A DNA stretch of 64,000 nucleotides from a virus (IMGVR_UViG_3300028284_000003:1-64000); one strand, 5' to 3'. Positions 27,140-37,293 are shown, counted from the first letter of the stretch. Numbers and translations are program-made. Notes: a model not told the origin generated them from the letters alone.

Positions 27140-27383
27140 CTATACATTCATTTAAACGTGTAGTTAAATTTTCTTTTTGCTTTTCTAATTCATTTACTAA
27201 CCAGCCATTCATCATATGTTTCATTACTAATTCAATTTTAATTCTTTCTAATTCCTTTTTAGTATCTTGATAAACCTTTTCCATTCCTTTTTTAACTCTA
27301 ATGTTCATTATATTATACGTGTTTTTTAAAATTTGTTTACATTTTATCATAGAACTCAGAAAATAATAATGAGTATTCATCAT
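27132..27383 (-). CDS. Hypothetical coiled-coil protein
   Basis: ORF in operon; start uncertain. Confidence 0.4.
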   Translation of the reverse strand: MMNTHYYFLSSMIKCKQILKNTYNIMNIRVKKGMEKVYQDTKKELERIKIELVMKHMMNGWLVNELEKQKENLTTRLNECIDE

Positions 27384-27648
27384 ATGTCATGTCTTTAAGA
27401 AATTTACATTTTTCAAATTCGTCTTTGGCTTCAAAGTGCTTTACCATTTCAGTATTTATTATTTTTTTAAAATCTTTTGGTAATAATAATTGATAAAAAT
27501 CAAAAGGTAAATAAACAAGATCTATAATTCCACTTGTAAAAAGAAGATCATCGACTGTAATTTGCTGGGAAAGAACCTTATAGCCATTTTCCATTGCACG
27601 GTCTATCATATTATTTTCACTAATTGGATCAATATCAAAGCTTTCCAT
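27337..27648 (-). CDS. UVR-like motif protein, paralogue 2
   Basis: YLPFD..KHFEAKDEFEKC. Confidence 0.6.
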   Translation of the reverse strand: MESFDIDPISENNMIDRAMENGYKVLSQQITVDDLLFTSGIIDLVYLPFDFYQLLLPKDFKKIINTEMVKHFEAKDEFEKCKFLKDMTYDEYSLLFSEFYDKM

Positions 27649-27653
27649 TATAG

Positions 27654-28169
27654 CTAATTGTTTATTTTTAATTGTTTATAAATATTTAATAAAATGTCAT
27701 ATTCATCGTTTTTAATTATTTCGATATAATCACACTCAGTATAACCAAATTCAATATATGGGAAACATGTGTAGTTTTTAAATAATATTCTAATTTTTTT
27801 ATTTAAATTTTTTAAATTATTTAAATTTTTAAAGATTACACTATTAATTTGACTGGGTTTTGCAGTTTGCCAACCTGTTTCTAAATTATTTAAAAAAATA
27901 GTTTCTTTTTCTTTTTTAAAACTAAAACTTAACATATCATAGACATTTTCTGAATTAGTATAACATTTACAATTATCTAATATAGGAGTATATGGATAAA
28001 TTTCATTTATAAAATTTTTAAGCTCCTCTAATGTGTTAAATCTTGGCACTGTCTTTGTACCATAGTGTGAAGTTTTATTAAGAAGAATAGAATCTATTTT
28101 TCCATCATTTTCTTCAACTGACCTAAGAGCGTTATAAATATATGTTAATGAAAGCCTGTCTGTTATCAT
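27654..28169 (-). CDS. Hypothetical protein
   Basis: 171 aa, very AT-rich. Confidence 0.55.
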   Translation of the reverse strand: MITDRLSLTYIYNALRSVEENDGKIDSILLNKTSHYGTKTVPRFNTLEELKNFINEIYPYTPILDNCKCYTNSENVYDMLSFSFKKEKETIFLNNLETGWQTAKPSQINSVIFKNLNNLKNLNKKIRILFKNYTCFPYIEFGYTECDYIEIIKNDEYDILLNIYKQLKINN

Positions 28170-28170
28170 T

Positions 28171-28557
28171 TTATAAATTATTTGTTACGAGAAATGCTAA
28201 AATACCAAGTACTGTAGTTATCATTAGCCAGAATGCTTTACTAATATTTGCTTTCCATTTTATTAATTCCTTATGTTCAGTTAATAAATCAATACCTAAG
28301 TCTCCTCTATCTTCTATCTTTTCTCTAAACTCAGTATTTTTAATAGTTTCAACAACAACGCCTGTTCTTGGATTTAAAAGTTCTTTTTTTAAATCTGAAA
28401 TTTGACTTTTCATTTCATTTTGATTTTCCATTAATTGCTTAATAGATTTTTCTAAATAAATTCTATTAGGATCTTCAAACTTTTCCTTTAGCTGTGAAAA
28501 TGCTTGTATTAATTCTCTTACTAATTCTGAATTAGATTTTTCTGGATCGTTTGACAT
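28171..28557 (-). CDS. Coiled-coil protein with C-terminal TM helix
   Basis: WKANISKAFWLMITTVLGILAFLV. Confidence 0.6.
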   Translation of the reverse strand: MSNDPEKSNSELVRELIQAFSQLKEKFEDPNRIYLEKSIKQLMENQNEMKSQISDLKKELLNPRTGVVVETIKNTEFREKIEDRGDLGIDLLTEHKELIKWKANISKAFWLMITTVLGILAFLVTNNL

Positions 28558-28638
28558 AATATGTAATAAGTTCTTTTTTTTACTATATATTTAAAGACCT
28601 TTATAATATATCAAATATATTATAAATTTAATAGATTT

Positions 28639-28758
28639 TTATTTGCCTCCTTTTGGATCTGTAGGTTCTCTTGGGTCTGTAGGTTCTCTTGGATCTACAG
28701 GTTCTTCTGGATCTATAGGTTCTATCTGAACTGCTAAAAAATGAGGTGCATGCATCAT
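28639..28758 (-). CDS. 39 aa peptide with four EPxDPx repeats
   Basis: Manual translation MMHAPHFLAVQIEPIDPEEPVDPREPTDPREPTDPKGGK; 18 bp tandem repeat. Confidence 0.45.
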   Translation of the reverse strand: MMHAPHFLAVQIEPIDPEEPVDPREPTDPREPTDPKGGK

Positions 28759-28763
28759 TTTAA

Positions 28764-30668
28764 TTAAGAATAATTATATGTTGCACTGGCAATGTATGTA
28801 GAGCCATCATAAAATAAAACTACAGAATCTATTAATCCAGAACCATTTGATGGTTTATATGCAGTTCCACGTGGCCAAATAATATCTGAAGCGCCTATAC
28901 TCCATGTTACGCCATTGCTTAGTGGTTCATCTGCAGTTATTAATTTTAAAAAGTAAGTTGCGCCTTCTTGTGGATTCTGTAAAGTTATAGTTGTATTACC
29001 ACCTAATAATTGTATTTCTGCAGAATTACCATTATTCCAATTCACAGTAGTAGAGCCTGTTGACATACTCGACCAAGCCTGCCCTTCAACATACATATTA
29101 CCTCCGACCTGTAGAGCCTGAGTCGGTGTATTTTGATTTATACCAACCTTTGTATTTGCAATGTCTATATAAACTAAATCTGATGTAACTGGATCGTTAT
29201 TTATATCTCCAACAAATATTTTACCAGTATTTAAATTTGGTGTATCATTTGTTCTGCCGGCTCCTCCTATTTTAATAGAGCCGTTTGAGTCTACTCTTTG
29301 TACTTTTGCAATATTTTGAATTAAATGATCCTCGCCCGATGGCCTGTCATTAGTTAATGCACCTGGAGTTGCACTTACATAAAGAGTATCTCCTAAACTA
29401 TAACCAGGCGTTTGAGTATCATGTCCACTAATTGTTCCAAATGTAACTACCTCAACTGATGTATTTAAAGATGCAGCACTGAATGTACAACCAAATGCTG
29501 GCATTTTACTAGCATCATTAGCATCTGCCTTCATTACAATTGGAATATTTCCACTAATTCCACTAATATAAACAACATCACATGCTCCTAAAGCCTCTCC
29601 TGCCTGTGCATTAAATCTAATAGCTCCTCTAAGATCTCCAATAAATTCATCACTTACTTCAATCTTTCCAATTACTTCTAAAGCTTCTGATGGATCATTT
29701 GTACCAATACCAACATCTCCTCCACTATAATAAATATCTCCGGCAGCAACACCTGCTTGCCAATAATTAGTTCCATCCGGGCCTGAAGGACCACTTGGGC
29801 CTTTACTTCCACTTGGGCCTGATGGGCCACTTGGGCCTTCACCTCCACCTGGGCCTGATAGTCCACTTGGACCTGAAACTGTTGAATCAGCGCCTGATGG
29901 ACCACTTGGGCCTTCACTTCCACTTGGGCCTTTACTTCCACTTGGGCCTGAAGGGCCACTTGGACCTTCACCTCCACCTGGACCTGATAGTCCACTTGGA
30001 CCTGATAGTCCACTTGGACCAATTGGACCTGAAACGGTTGAATCAGCACCTGACGGACCACTTGGGCCTTTACTTCCACTTGGGCCTGAAGGGCCACTTG
30101 GACCTTCACCTCCACCTGGGCCTGATAGTCCACTTGGACCTGAAACTGTTGAATCAGCGCCTGATGGACCTGTTGGACCTAAAGGGCCACTTGGACCTTC
30201 ACCTCCACCTGGACCTGATAGTCCACTTGGACCTGAAACTGTTGAATCAGCGCCTGATGGGCCTGTTGGACCTGAAATTGTTGAAGCATTACCTTGAGGA
30301 CCTGTTGGGCCTGTTGGACCTGTTGGACCTGTTGGACCTGAAGAACCTCCACCTGTGCCACCTTGGCTTAATGTCCAATACCATCCTTCTGTGCCATCAT
30401 ATTTTAATGTTAATACTTTGTCATTGTCTCCTGTAAAATCTTCGACCTGTGCTCCAGTAGAACCTGGAGAAATTGTGGATGGATAAATTCTGTAATTTGC
30501 AACTGTACCTGTAAGAACTTTATAATTATAATCCGCCTCCACGTGCTTTAAGGCTCTACCTACTTCGCTTGGATATATAGGTTTCCAATAGCCTTCAGCC
30601 TCTCTATGAATGTTATCTGCAAATGCAGATGAATCTGCTGATGTATAATCGTCTAAAAGTTTACTCAC
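28764..30668 (-). CDS. Collagen-like (Gly-Pro-Ser/Thr) virion fibre protein
   Basis: About 190 aa of GPS/GPT triplets; VGIGT..P.EALEV.G fibre repeats; AGEAL..DVVYISG..KADA decoration-like domain. Confidence 0.8.
   Translation of the reverse strand: MSKLLDDYTSADSSAFADNIHREAEGYWKPIYPSEVGRALKHVEADYNYKVLTGTVANYRIYPSTISPGSTGAQVEDFTGDNDKVLTLKYDGTEGWYWTLSQGGTGGGSSGPTGPTGPTGPTGPQGNASTISGPTGPSGADSTVSGPSGLSGPGGGEGPSGPLGPTGPSGADSTVSGPSGLSGPGGGEGPSGPSGPSGSKGPSGPSGADSTVSGPIGPSGLSGPSGLSGPGGGEGPSGPSGPSGSKGPSGSEGPSGPSGADSTVSGPSGLSGPGGGEGPSGPSGPSGSKGPSGPSGPDGTNYWQAGVAAGDIYYSGGDVGIGTNDPSEALEVIGKIEVSDEFIGDLRGAIRFNAQAGEALGACDVVYISGISGNIPIVMKADANDASKMPAFGCTFSAASLNTSVEVVTFGTISGHDTQTPGYSLGDTLYVSATPGALTNDRPSGEDHLIQNIAKVQRVDSNGSIKIGGAGRTNDTPNLNTGKIFVGDINNDPVTSDLVYIDIANTKVGINQNTPTQALQVGGNMYVEGQAWSSMSTGSTTVNWNNGNSAEIQLLGGNTTITLQNPQEGATYFLKLITADEPLSNGVTWSIGASDIIWPRGTAYKPSNGSGLIDSVVLFYDGSTYIASATYNYS
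29779..30340. repeat. Hierarchical 9 bp and about 90 bp coding tandem repeat
   Basis: GGACCACTT/GGGCC units; GADSTVSG x4 and GPGGGEG x4 in the protein. Confidence 0.85.
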
Positions 30669-30746
30669 TGCATTACTTAATCTTTTTTATAATCTATATA
30701 TTTCTTTATTTTAGATCTATTAATTTATTACCTGTCTTTAATGTTT

Positions 30747-31403
30747 TCATATTTCTTTAATATCTTCTGGTTTAATATCGTCGTAACTAAACATTGATTT
30801 CATATCAGGTGGCATTAATGGATCTTTATACCATGTGTATGGCTTTGCATTAATTTCTAAAATTACAGGGTCTACAAAATCAAAATAATCATCTAATTCT
30901 TTTGCCTTTCCTTTTGAAGGTACTGCAAATGTTGCGCTATATAATTGTTCAGTGTCATTACTACCTGTTACTCCACTGCCAAATGTATCACTATGTCCAT
31001 GTGCTTTTTTAGACTGCATTCCATTTTTTAAAATAGATGCAACATTTTTACGACCTGTTTTATGATATACTTTATTGGCCTTTGCTTCTACATCAGCTAA
31101 TGTAACTGTGAATTCATTTCCACTAGAATAACCTAACGAAGTTTTCATAGTTAGTACTCCATCGTTTTTACCTGCCCACGTTCTAATTAGTTTTTGTAAT
31201 TTAACAACTTCTTTAGGTGCTTTACTCTTTGAAGGACCTTCAAAACTATCTAAGCTTACACTTATCATAATACCGCCGTAACCTTTATATGAACTTGCAC
31301 CTTCAAGACCTGCCTTATCGAATAAAGACATAATTGTCTTTTCAGTATTGTTAGGTGAATATGCTTCTCCTATAAATTGATTAAATGATTCTAATATTTT
31401 CAT
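30747..31403 (-). CDS. CTS-led protein with ADP-ribosyltransferase/KptA-like domain
   Basis: MKILESFNQFIGE leader; VYHKT..SILKNG, ATFA, VILEIN and IKPEDI. Confidence 0.55.
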   Translation of the reverse strand: MKILESFNQFIGEAYSPNNTEKTIMSLFDKAGLEGASSYKGYGGIMISVSLDSFEGPSKSKAPKEVVKLQKLIRTWAGKNDGVLTMKTSLGYSSGNEFTVTLADVEAKANKVYHKTGRKNVASILKNGMQSKKAHGHSDTFGSGVTGSNDTEQLYSATFAVPSKGKAKELDDYFDFVDPVILEINAKPYTWYKDPLMPPDMKSMFSYDDIKPEDIKEI

Positions 31404-31408
31404 GATTT

Positions 31409-31639
31409 TTATTTTATTCCTAAATCTTTGTGTAAAACTTCCATAAATGGCATAAAGTTTTGTTGACCATATTCATCTCTAAGTATTTGACCTACTGCCA
31501 GTGCAAAATCTTCATAAGACATTGAGTCGTCTATTTTAATCATTGCTTTATCAATAGACTTTGCAAGTTCTTCTGACTTCTTTGACTCATCCATTGAGTC
31601 TCCATTAATCCAATCTTCAAATGTTTTCATATCTTTCAT
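31409..31639 (-). CDS. Putative internal head protein
   Basis: MKDMKTFEDW..MDE leader. Confidence 0.6.
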   Translation of the reverse strand: MKDMKTFEDWINGDSMDESKKSEELAKSIDKAMIKIDDSMSYEDFALAVGQILRDEYGQQNFMPFMEVLHKDLGIK

Positions 31640-31911
31640 TATTTACCTACTTTTCTTAAATTCTGTTCAATTAGTTTCTTAGCAGTAGCCCAATAACCTG
31701 GACCTCTAAAATCTCCACCAATTTCGTAACAATCTTTTTTTACACCTTCAATATATTCAGTAATTTCTCTGTAAAAATCATACTCCCATTTACTCCATCT
31801 TTCATCTTCCTCATCTGAAATTGTTGCAGAATACATGTGTTTATATTTTGCTTCGTTTACTTCTTCGTTTATTTGTTTTTTTATTTCTTCGTATTTTAAT
31901 ACTCTTTTCAT
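31639..31911 (-). CDS. Putative internal head protein
   Basis: MKRVLKYEEI..INE..VNE leader. Confidence 0.6.
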   Translation of the reverse strand: MKRVLKYEEIKKQINEEVNEAKYKHMYSATISDEEDERWSKWEYDFYREITEYIEGVKKDCYEIGGDFRGPGYWATAKKLIEQNLRKVGK

Positions 31912-31943
31912 AATTAAGCACCTCCCTTTAGGTTGTTATTTTT

Positions 31944-33932
31944 TTAAACGCCAATTTTGGCATATGTTATCATATCTTCTACAGCTTTTAACGCTTTCTT
32001 TTTTGCAGCATCGAATTCTTTTGAATATCTGCTTGCAGATCCACCTTTGCTTGATCTACGTATTTCGTCTCTTAGCTTTAATAAACCTGCTTCTTCTTTA
32101 CTTGTTTTAAGTTTAGGTGCAGCTTCATTTATAAAACTTTCTAATGTTTGTAAATTTTTCATAGTATTTTCTTTCGATTCGTCTTTAGTAACCTTAATCT
32201 TTTCTTCTAGTTTTTCAGCACTAGCCTCTTCAATATACTCTCCAAGTTCTGGATCGTCCCATCCATCAGGAGATGCTAAAACTGCTTGTAGATCTTCTCT
32301 TGAACCTGTTAGCTCAACTTCTGGCCAACCACTTGGTCCACTAGGATCTAAAACTTTCATTGTAACTTTATGTTTCTTTAAAAGTTTTTTAAGTATCTTT
32401 GATTTAGGATCCATTGCATCCATAACTACAGTAGCTTCATTTATAAAACTTTCTAATGTTTGTAAATTTTTCATAGTATTTTCTTTCGCTTCGTTAAATT
32501 GTTTTGCATATTTTTTATAAGTAGATTTATTTCCAAAAGCGTCAATAGCATCTACCATACTGTAATGGTCTCCATCATAATACTCATCTGCAAGTTTTCT
32601 TCCCCATTTACTGTTTAAGAAATTATATGCAGAATCTTGTGTAAAGTTATGAGATCCTATTAAATAATTCATTGCATCTTCAAATGCTATTTCAATAGAA
32701 TCTTCTTCTTCGTAGTTTGACATAGTTCCCCAAAAGCCATACTCAGTATTTATCATATCTATGTCAATTGCTTCACTAACATATTCTTTCATGAAACTTT
32801 TTATTTTTGATTTTGGAGCTTTTCCTAAAATAATGTCTCTTAATTCATATTTATTAATAACTCCTTGTCTTATTGCATTTGCTACTAATTTAATATCAAG
32901 ATTATGATTTGATAAAAATTCTTCAGTTGTTCCTGTTCCTACATTAGATGCAAGTCTATGTAATGAATATGCATCATCGGATAAAGACTCATTAATTTTA
33001 TATTTTCTAAGAAGTGCATGATAAGTTTTTTCTTCTGAGCTTGTCATTTGATGTATTGTACCATCTTCTTTTCTTTTTAAGATTTTATCTAAATGTCTTT
33101 TATTTAAATCTCCACCTTGTTCAGCGTCTATTGCATCTTCTAAACTTGCAACTTCAATCTTTTCATTCATAGACTCTTTAACTACCATATAATCTTTAAT
33201 ATCATATAATGCTCCATCAAAATCTACATTCATGCTTCCACTAGGAAAAACTCTTTCAACTGTACCTACAATATCATTTTGTCTAATTTTACCTAAACTT
33301 CTTGAATAATCATTTGAAATTCCAGGAGTTCTACCTCTATTCATTTGTTGAAGTCCTTTAAGAGTTAATTTAACCTTGTCTCCTTCTTTAAATTCTGATT
33401 TCTTTTCGTCTATAGATTCAGTAGAAAGTTCTTCATCATCATCTTCATCATCATCCTTTTCAACTTCAATATCATAGTCTCCATCGATTTCTATTTTAAT
33501 TTCATCTTCGGTTTGTAAAGTTGCATTTTTATCTAACTGTTGAATGTGATCGTCAACCACTTTTTGTGCAGCTGTTTTTTCGTCATTTAGTTTTTTAAGC
33601 TCCTGTAGTTTCTCTTCTTGCTTTTCAGTTTTACCAGCATCTCTTGCAGCTGCCCACTCTTTAACTACTTTTTTAAGATCATTTGTGATTTGCGCAACAT
33701 CATTAAGTGCTTTATCTAATTGCTTACGAGTAACTTTCTTTTCTGCTAACATTTGCAAACTTTCCATACATTGCATTTGCCATTGAGTACCTAAATAATA
33801 AGCAGTGTATTCTTCCTTTGTTAAACCATGGATCTGTGCATTCATTTCTACATAGTCTTCCCACTCACTAGAATGTTGAATGGCTAAGCCATTGACCAAA
33901 GTAACCATTTCTAAAGTTAATAAAGTTTCCAT
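31944..33932 (-). CDS. Modular internal-head polyprotein
   Basis: LAE, IDE, MNE, INE, VSE and IEE junctions; two internal MKNLQTLESFINE; late-type motif upstream. Confidence 0.65.
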   Translation of the reverse strand: METLLTLEMVTLVNGLAIQHSSEWEDYVEMNAQIHGLTKEEYTAYYLGTQWQMQCMESLQMLAEKKVTRKQLDKALNDVAQITNDLKKVVKEWAAARDAGKTEKQEEKLQELKKLNDEKTAAQKVVDDHIQQLDKNATLQTEDEIKIEIDGDYDIEVEKDDDEDDDEELSTESIDEKKSEFKEGDKVKLTLKGLQQMNRGRTPGISNDYSRSLGKIRQNDIVGTVERVFPSGSMNVDFDGALYDIKDYMVVKESMNEKIEVASLEDAIDAEQGGDLNKRHLDKILKRKEDGTIHQMTSSEEKTYHALLRKYKINESLSDDAYSLHRLASNVGTGTTEEFLSNHNLDIKLVANAIRQGVINKYELRDIILGKAPKSKIKSFMKEYVSEAIDIDMINTEYGFWGTMSNYEEEDSIEIAFEDAMNYLIGSHNFTQDSAYNFLNSKWGRKLADEYYDGDHYSMVDAIDAFGNKSTYKKYAKQFNEAKENTMKNLQTLESFINEATVVMDAMDPKSKILKKLLKKHKVTMKVLDPSGPSGWPEVELTGSREDLQAVLASPDGWDDPELGEYIEEASAEKLEEKIKVTKDESKENTMKNLQTLESFINEAAPKLKTSKEEAGLLKLRDEIRRSSKGGSASRYSKEFDAAKKKALKAVEDMITYAKIGV
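32121..32488. repeat. 56 bp exact direct repeat (32121-32176 and 32433-32488) encoding an internal CTS-like leader
   Basis: Offset 312 bp, in frame; encodes KENTMKNLQTLESFINEA. Confidence 0.9.
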
Positions 33933-33958
33933 TAATTATTATAATTTTTTCTATTTAG

Positions 33959-33967
33959 TTATATATC
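33959..33967 (-). promoter_or_regulatory. GATATATAA late-type promoter motif
   Basis: Upstream of the polyprotein gene. Confidence 0.55.
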
Positions 33968-34232
33968 TTTATTATATTTATTCCTGAGGTATTCTTGATG
34001 TGCTTTTCTTTTCATACCATTTATAAAAAACCAACTACATTTAAGATCAAACCATTTTTCTATTTTTTTAAAAAAATTCATGAGTAACTGTTATAGTAAG
34101 AGTATCTTATTGAAAGTAATTTTTTAGCAATATTAAACTCTTTGATTTTATTTAATTTTAAACCATATTCTTTAGCGATTGATATTAAGACTGGCTCTAC
34201 TTCTAAGATTGTCATTTTTCCTATCATGTTAT

Positions 34233-34258
34233 TTATATGAGAAAATTACCTTTTGTTT
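34233..34258 (-). promoter_or_regulatory. AAAC-N16-ATATAA promoter
   Basis: Exact TTATAT-N16-GTTT. Confidence 0.6.
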
Positions 34259-34449
34259 TTTTCTTTATATCCCCATGGATGAATAAAAAGTCCATTATAT
34301 TTTTTTATCCATGATAATTGCTCTCCTCCTTTTGTGGTTTTAATTAAACGAGTTATTCTACTTTTCTGTTCTAATTGTTTGTTAAATGATTTTGTTAGTA
34401 TTTTTACGAATAATTCTTGAGGTGTATATTGATCTAAAACTATTACCAT
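34246..34449 (-). CDS. Hypothetical protein
   Basis: 67 aa ORF. Confidence 0.5.
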   Translation of the reverse strand: MVIVLDQYTPQELFVKILTKSFNKQLEQKSRITRLIKTTKGGEQLSWIKKYNGLFIHPWGYKEKNKR

Positions 34450-34820
34450 AAAATCATACCTGAATCTCTAGCCAATTCTTTACCGTACATGTTGCTTTTC
34501 CAAAGAATTGGTTTTACATACTTTATTAGTTTACCGATGTCTTTTAATTCATCTAAGGTATCTGGCTCTTCATAATGATAGAATATTGCACGATCTGAAT
34601 AATCTACTCTCTTATTTGTAAGTTGTTCTTTAATTATTTTAAAAGAGTCAATATAATTACTAAGATCTATATAGAGCCTTTCATTATGTAATAGCCAAGG
34701 TGAAAACTCTAATTCAAGGTATTTTGCATCCACTTTCATCAAATAAGAGAGCATGGTATATTTTTTAAATTCAAAATCTATCGGTGTATCTGTAAAGAAA
34801 TGGAATTCTATTACATCCAT
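34443..34820 (-). CDS. Hypothetical protein (PIDFE.KKY family)
   Basis: 125 aa, translationally coupled. Confidence 0.6.
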   Translation of the reverse strand: MDVIEFHFFTDTPIDFEFKKYTMLSYLMKVDAKYLELEFSPWLLHNERLYIDLSNYIDSFKIIKEQLTNKRVDYSDRAIFYHYEEPDTLDELKDIGKLIKYVKPILWKSNMYGKELARDSGMILW

Positions 34821-35182
34821 TATTTAGGTTCTCTGAGAAAAGTGTCTCTATATTTAAAGTTTCTGTTTCTACCACTGTTTGGCTTAAAGCCAAAGCTTTT
34901 GTAGAATTTTTTAAGTCTACCAAGATTACTACCAAACTCATCAACTGGAGTAACTCCAACTGTCTTTCCTTCTCGGTCAGCGCGGGTGACTAACATGTTC
35001 ATTATATCACTACCAAGCCCCTCGTTTCTAAATTGCGGTTTAATTATTATCTGATCTAAATAAATGCTGTCTGTGTCCTCGAATATCCACAGCGAGTTAA
35101 TCTTATCGCCATATAACATATCAATCTCTTTCATTAAAGGAGACTTCTTCTGAAACTCATCATATGACTTTATATTTCTCAT
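34820..35182 (-). CDS. GNAT-family acetyltransferase with CTS-like leader
   Basis: FRNEGLGS motif A and LKKFYKSFGF; MRNIKSYDEF leader. Confidence 0.8.
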   Translation of the reverse strand: MRNIKSYDEFQKKSPLMKEIDMLYGDKINSLWIFEDTDSIYLDQIIIKPQFRNEGLGSDIMNMLVTRADREGKTVGVTPVDEFGSNLGRLKKFYKSFGFKPNSGRNRNFKYRDTFLREPK

Positions 35183-36330
35183 AACAACTCTCTAAACTTC
35201 TCTGCTTCTATTTCTCTAATCTTTTGTGCAACTTCAGGCCCTTTAACACCAAAGTCTTTCATTACAGTTCTACCATCAGTTGATGGCTTATATTTTAGGA
35301 AGGCTTTAACCATCCTTGTATTTAATCTGTTTAAACGACTCCAATCTAGGATAGTTCTTTTATCTATATCTGTTGTTTGATATTTTTTGTAGAGTTCAAA
35401 TATTTCTTCTGGTTTAATATCCAGTAAATTCTTTAAAAATACAACGGTGTCTATTTCTTCATTTGAAAATGTAAGTTTATTTAATCTTTTCTTAATTGTG
35501 TCAACTTCATTATCTCTAAAAAGTGTTGCAATTTGAATCATCCAATTTTTATTATCAATAAATGTCTTATTAATATTAATATCTGGAAACATTACTCCCC
35601 ATAATTTAAACTCCTCAACCATTTCTAAATATTTTTTAGTTGACTTTGCCGAAATTACTGACTTTTTAAATTCATCTCTAATTCTTTCACTACTTATATC
35701 CTTTAAAGAATTATCGGATATTATAGCCTCAGCGGTATTCTTTTCTAATTTACTTCCTGTGCGGCCTGCAAATCTTAAGGCTCTTAGTTTTCTTAGGGGA
35801 TCTTCATCAAACCTCTCTTGAGCTCTTCCGACTGTTCTAATAGTATTACTTTGAATATCTGCAACTCCTCCAACCAGGTCAACTACCTTTTGTTTATCAA
35901 TATCATAAAATAAAGCGTTGATAGTTAAATCTCTCCTTAATACATCTTTATCAATTGTTGAGTATTCGACAGCATCAGGTCTTCGACCTTTACCAATATC
36001 TTCTCTAAATGTAGCAATTTCCATACCCTCTTTAAAACTTGGAGTCTTTGCAATAACAACTCCAAATTGTTGACCAACTTCTCCGACTGTATCAAACCCT
36101 CCAGACTTTAATATATCTATAACTTCACCTGGCTTAGCATCTGTTGCTAAATCAAAATCTTTAGGTTTTTGACCAAGAAGAGCATCTCTAACAGCTCCAC
36201 CTACAATATACAATTCCTTCTTATTTTTCTTAAAAAGTTTATGTAAATCTTTAACATCTCTAGGGACATATAAATTTAAACTCTGTTGAGCTTCTAAAAG
36301 CAATATGAATTGAGACATTGGTTTAATCAT
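35179..36330 (-). CDS. cca: CCA-adding tRNA nucleotidyltransferase (class II)
   Basis: VGGAVRD..KDFDLAT, EIATFR, RRDLTINAL, RFDEDPLR.LRALRF and SSERI.DE motifs. Confidence 0.88.
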   Translation of the reverse strand: MIKPMSQFILLLEAQQSLNLYVPRDVKDLHKLFKKNKKELYIVGGAVRDALLGQKPKDFDLATDAKPGEVIDILKSGGFDTVGEVGQQFGVVIAKTPSFKEGMEIATFREDIGKGRRPDAVEYSTIDKDVLRRDLTINALFYDIDKQKVVDLVGGVADIQSNTIRTVGRAQERFDEDPLRKLRALRFAGRTGSKLEKNTAEAIISDNSLKDISSERIRDEFKKSVISAKSTKKYLEMVEEFKLWGVMFPDININKTFIDNKNWMIQIATLFRDNEVDTIKKRLNKLTFSNEEIDTVVFLKNLLDIKPEEIFELYKKYQTTDIDKRTILDWSRLNRLNTRMVKAFLKYKPSTDGRTVMKDFGVKGPEVAQKIREIEAEKFRELL

Positions 36331-36342
36331 GTTTTATATATT

Positions 36343-36410
36343 TATTAAATATAATCATTTCGAACGACATAAAAAAATCTAGAGGCACTTATTTTCAATA
36401 GTTATTAACA
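36343..36410 (-). promoter_or_regulatory. Early-type promoter repeat E3 (degenerate)
   Basis: Shares GACATAAAAAAATCTAGAGGCACTTATTTT..GTTATTAACA with E1 and E8. Confidence 0.65.
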
Positions 36411-36428
36411 GAGATTTTATTAAAATCA

Positions 36429-37010
36429 TTATCCTCTGTTTTTAAATGCCTTTATCGTTGATATGTTTATTCCATCATATTCTTTTTCTAACTCTTTTAC
36501 TAACCTTAAGTTATTATCATCGTCATCATAAAATTGAAGATCATGAAAGCCTTGATTTATAATTTCTCTAAATGCTTGTTTTTTTCTTTCTGCAATATCT
36601 CCTTTAAATCTATGTATTGGGTCATTGACTGCAAATATTAAATCACTATCTATTGGTGTTTTTAAATAATTTTTTAACCACTTATAAATCATTTTTTTAT
36701 TATCCCTTGCCGTGACTATACCTATTGCTATTTTTCTTCTATAAGCTTCTTGTAATATTTTAAAATAATAATTAATAAGCTTACCTGCTTTCATTATTTC
36801 AAGACTCTTAAATTCCTCGAAACTTAGGATTTGATGTGGTTTTTTTTGAAAGGTATTAAACTCTTCTGGAGTAATAGAAAACGTTTCACCGGTCAATTTA
36901 TTCTTAACTTGAATTTTGGCTGGCGTAACAACGATAGTATCATCTAAGTCAAAGACTAAGATCTTTCCCATCTTATAGGGCTTCGCTTCATATAACTCTG
37001 TTGGACTCAT
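36429..37010 (-). CDS. HAD-superfamily phosphatase
   Basis: VFDLDDT, VTAR, K and FYDDD motifs. Confidence 0.8.
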   Translation of the reverse strand: MSPTELYEAKPYKMGKILVFDLDDTIVVTPAKIQVKNKLTGETFSITPEEFNTFQKKPHQILSFEEFKSLEIMKAGKLINYYFKILQEAYRRKIAIGIVTARDNKKMIYKWLKNYLKTPIDSDLIFAVNDPIHRFKGDIAERKKQAFREIINQGFHDLQFYDDDDNNLRLVKELEKEYDGINISTIKAFKNRG

Positions 37011-37029
37011 AACAGATTATATATCTTTA

Positions 37030-37293
37030 TTACTTTTTAGTGAGTGCGAGAAATGTATAAGCGTTACAATAAATAATTGACATAAGAATAATAGTTGCAT
37101 AAACTATTGAGTTTTCTATCTCTCCTTTAAGCGCCACTGTAAAAATACCTAGAAAGAAAAGTTTAACACCTAAACTTCCATAGGCTAAGCCCATGCCGAT
37201 TTGTGTAAATCTTTTTGAAAGTTGAATAATAATTCTTGTAATTAAGACTAAAAATATTGAGGCTAAAAGGCCATAAACTATTGAATTTATCAT
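37030..37293 (-). CDS. Small three-TM membrane protein (AtpI-like)
   Basis: G.AY.SLGVKLFF pattern. Confidence 0.45.
   Translation of the reverse strand: MINSIVYGLLASIFLVLITRIIIQLSKRFTQIGMGLAYGSLGVKLFFLGIFTVALKGEIENSIVYATIILMSIIYCNAYTFLALTKK

Noticed and set aside
29678-30436. Alternative-frame ORFs (QVQV and LDLHL repeats)
   Set aside because: Shadows of the Gly-Pro-Ser coding repeat
31957-32520. 187 aa plus-strand ORF and the other short plus-strand ORFs in the track
   Set aside because: Antisense shadows of Lys/Glu-rich minus-strand genes, with Phe/Ser/Leu-rich composition and no motifs
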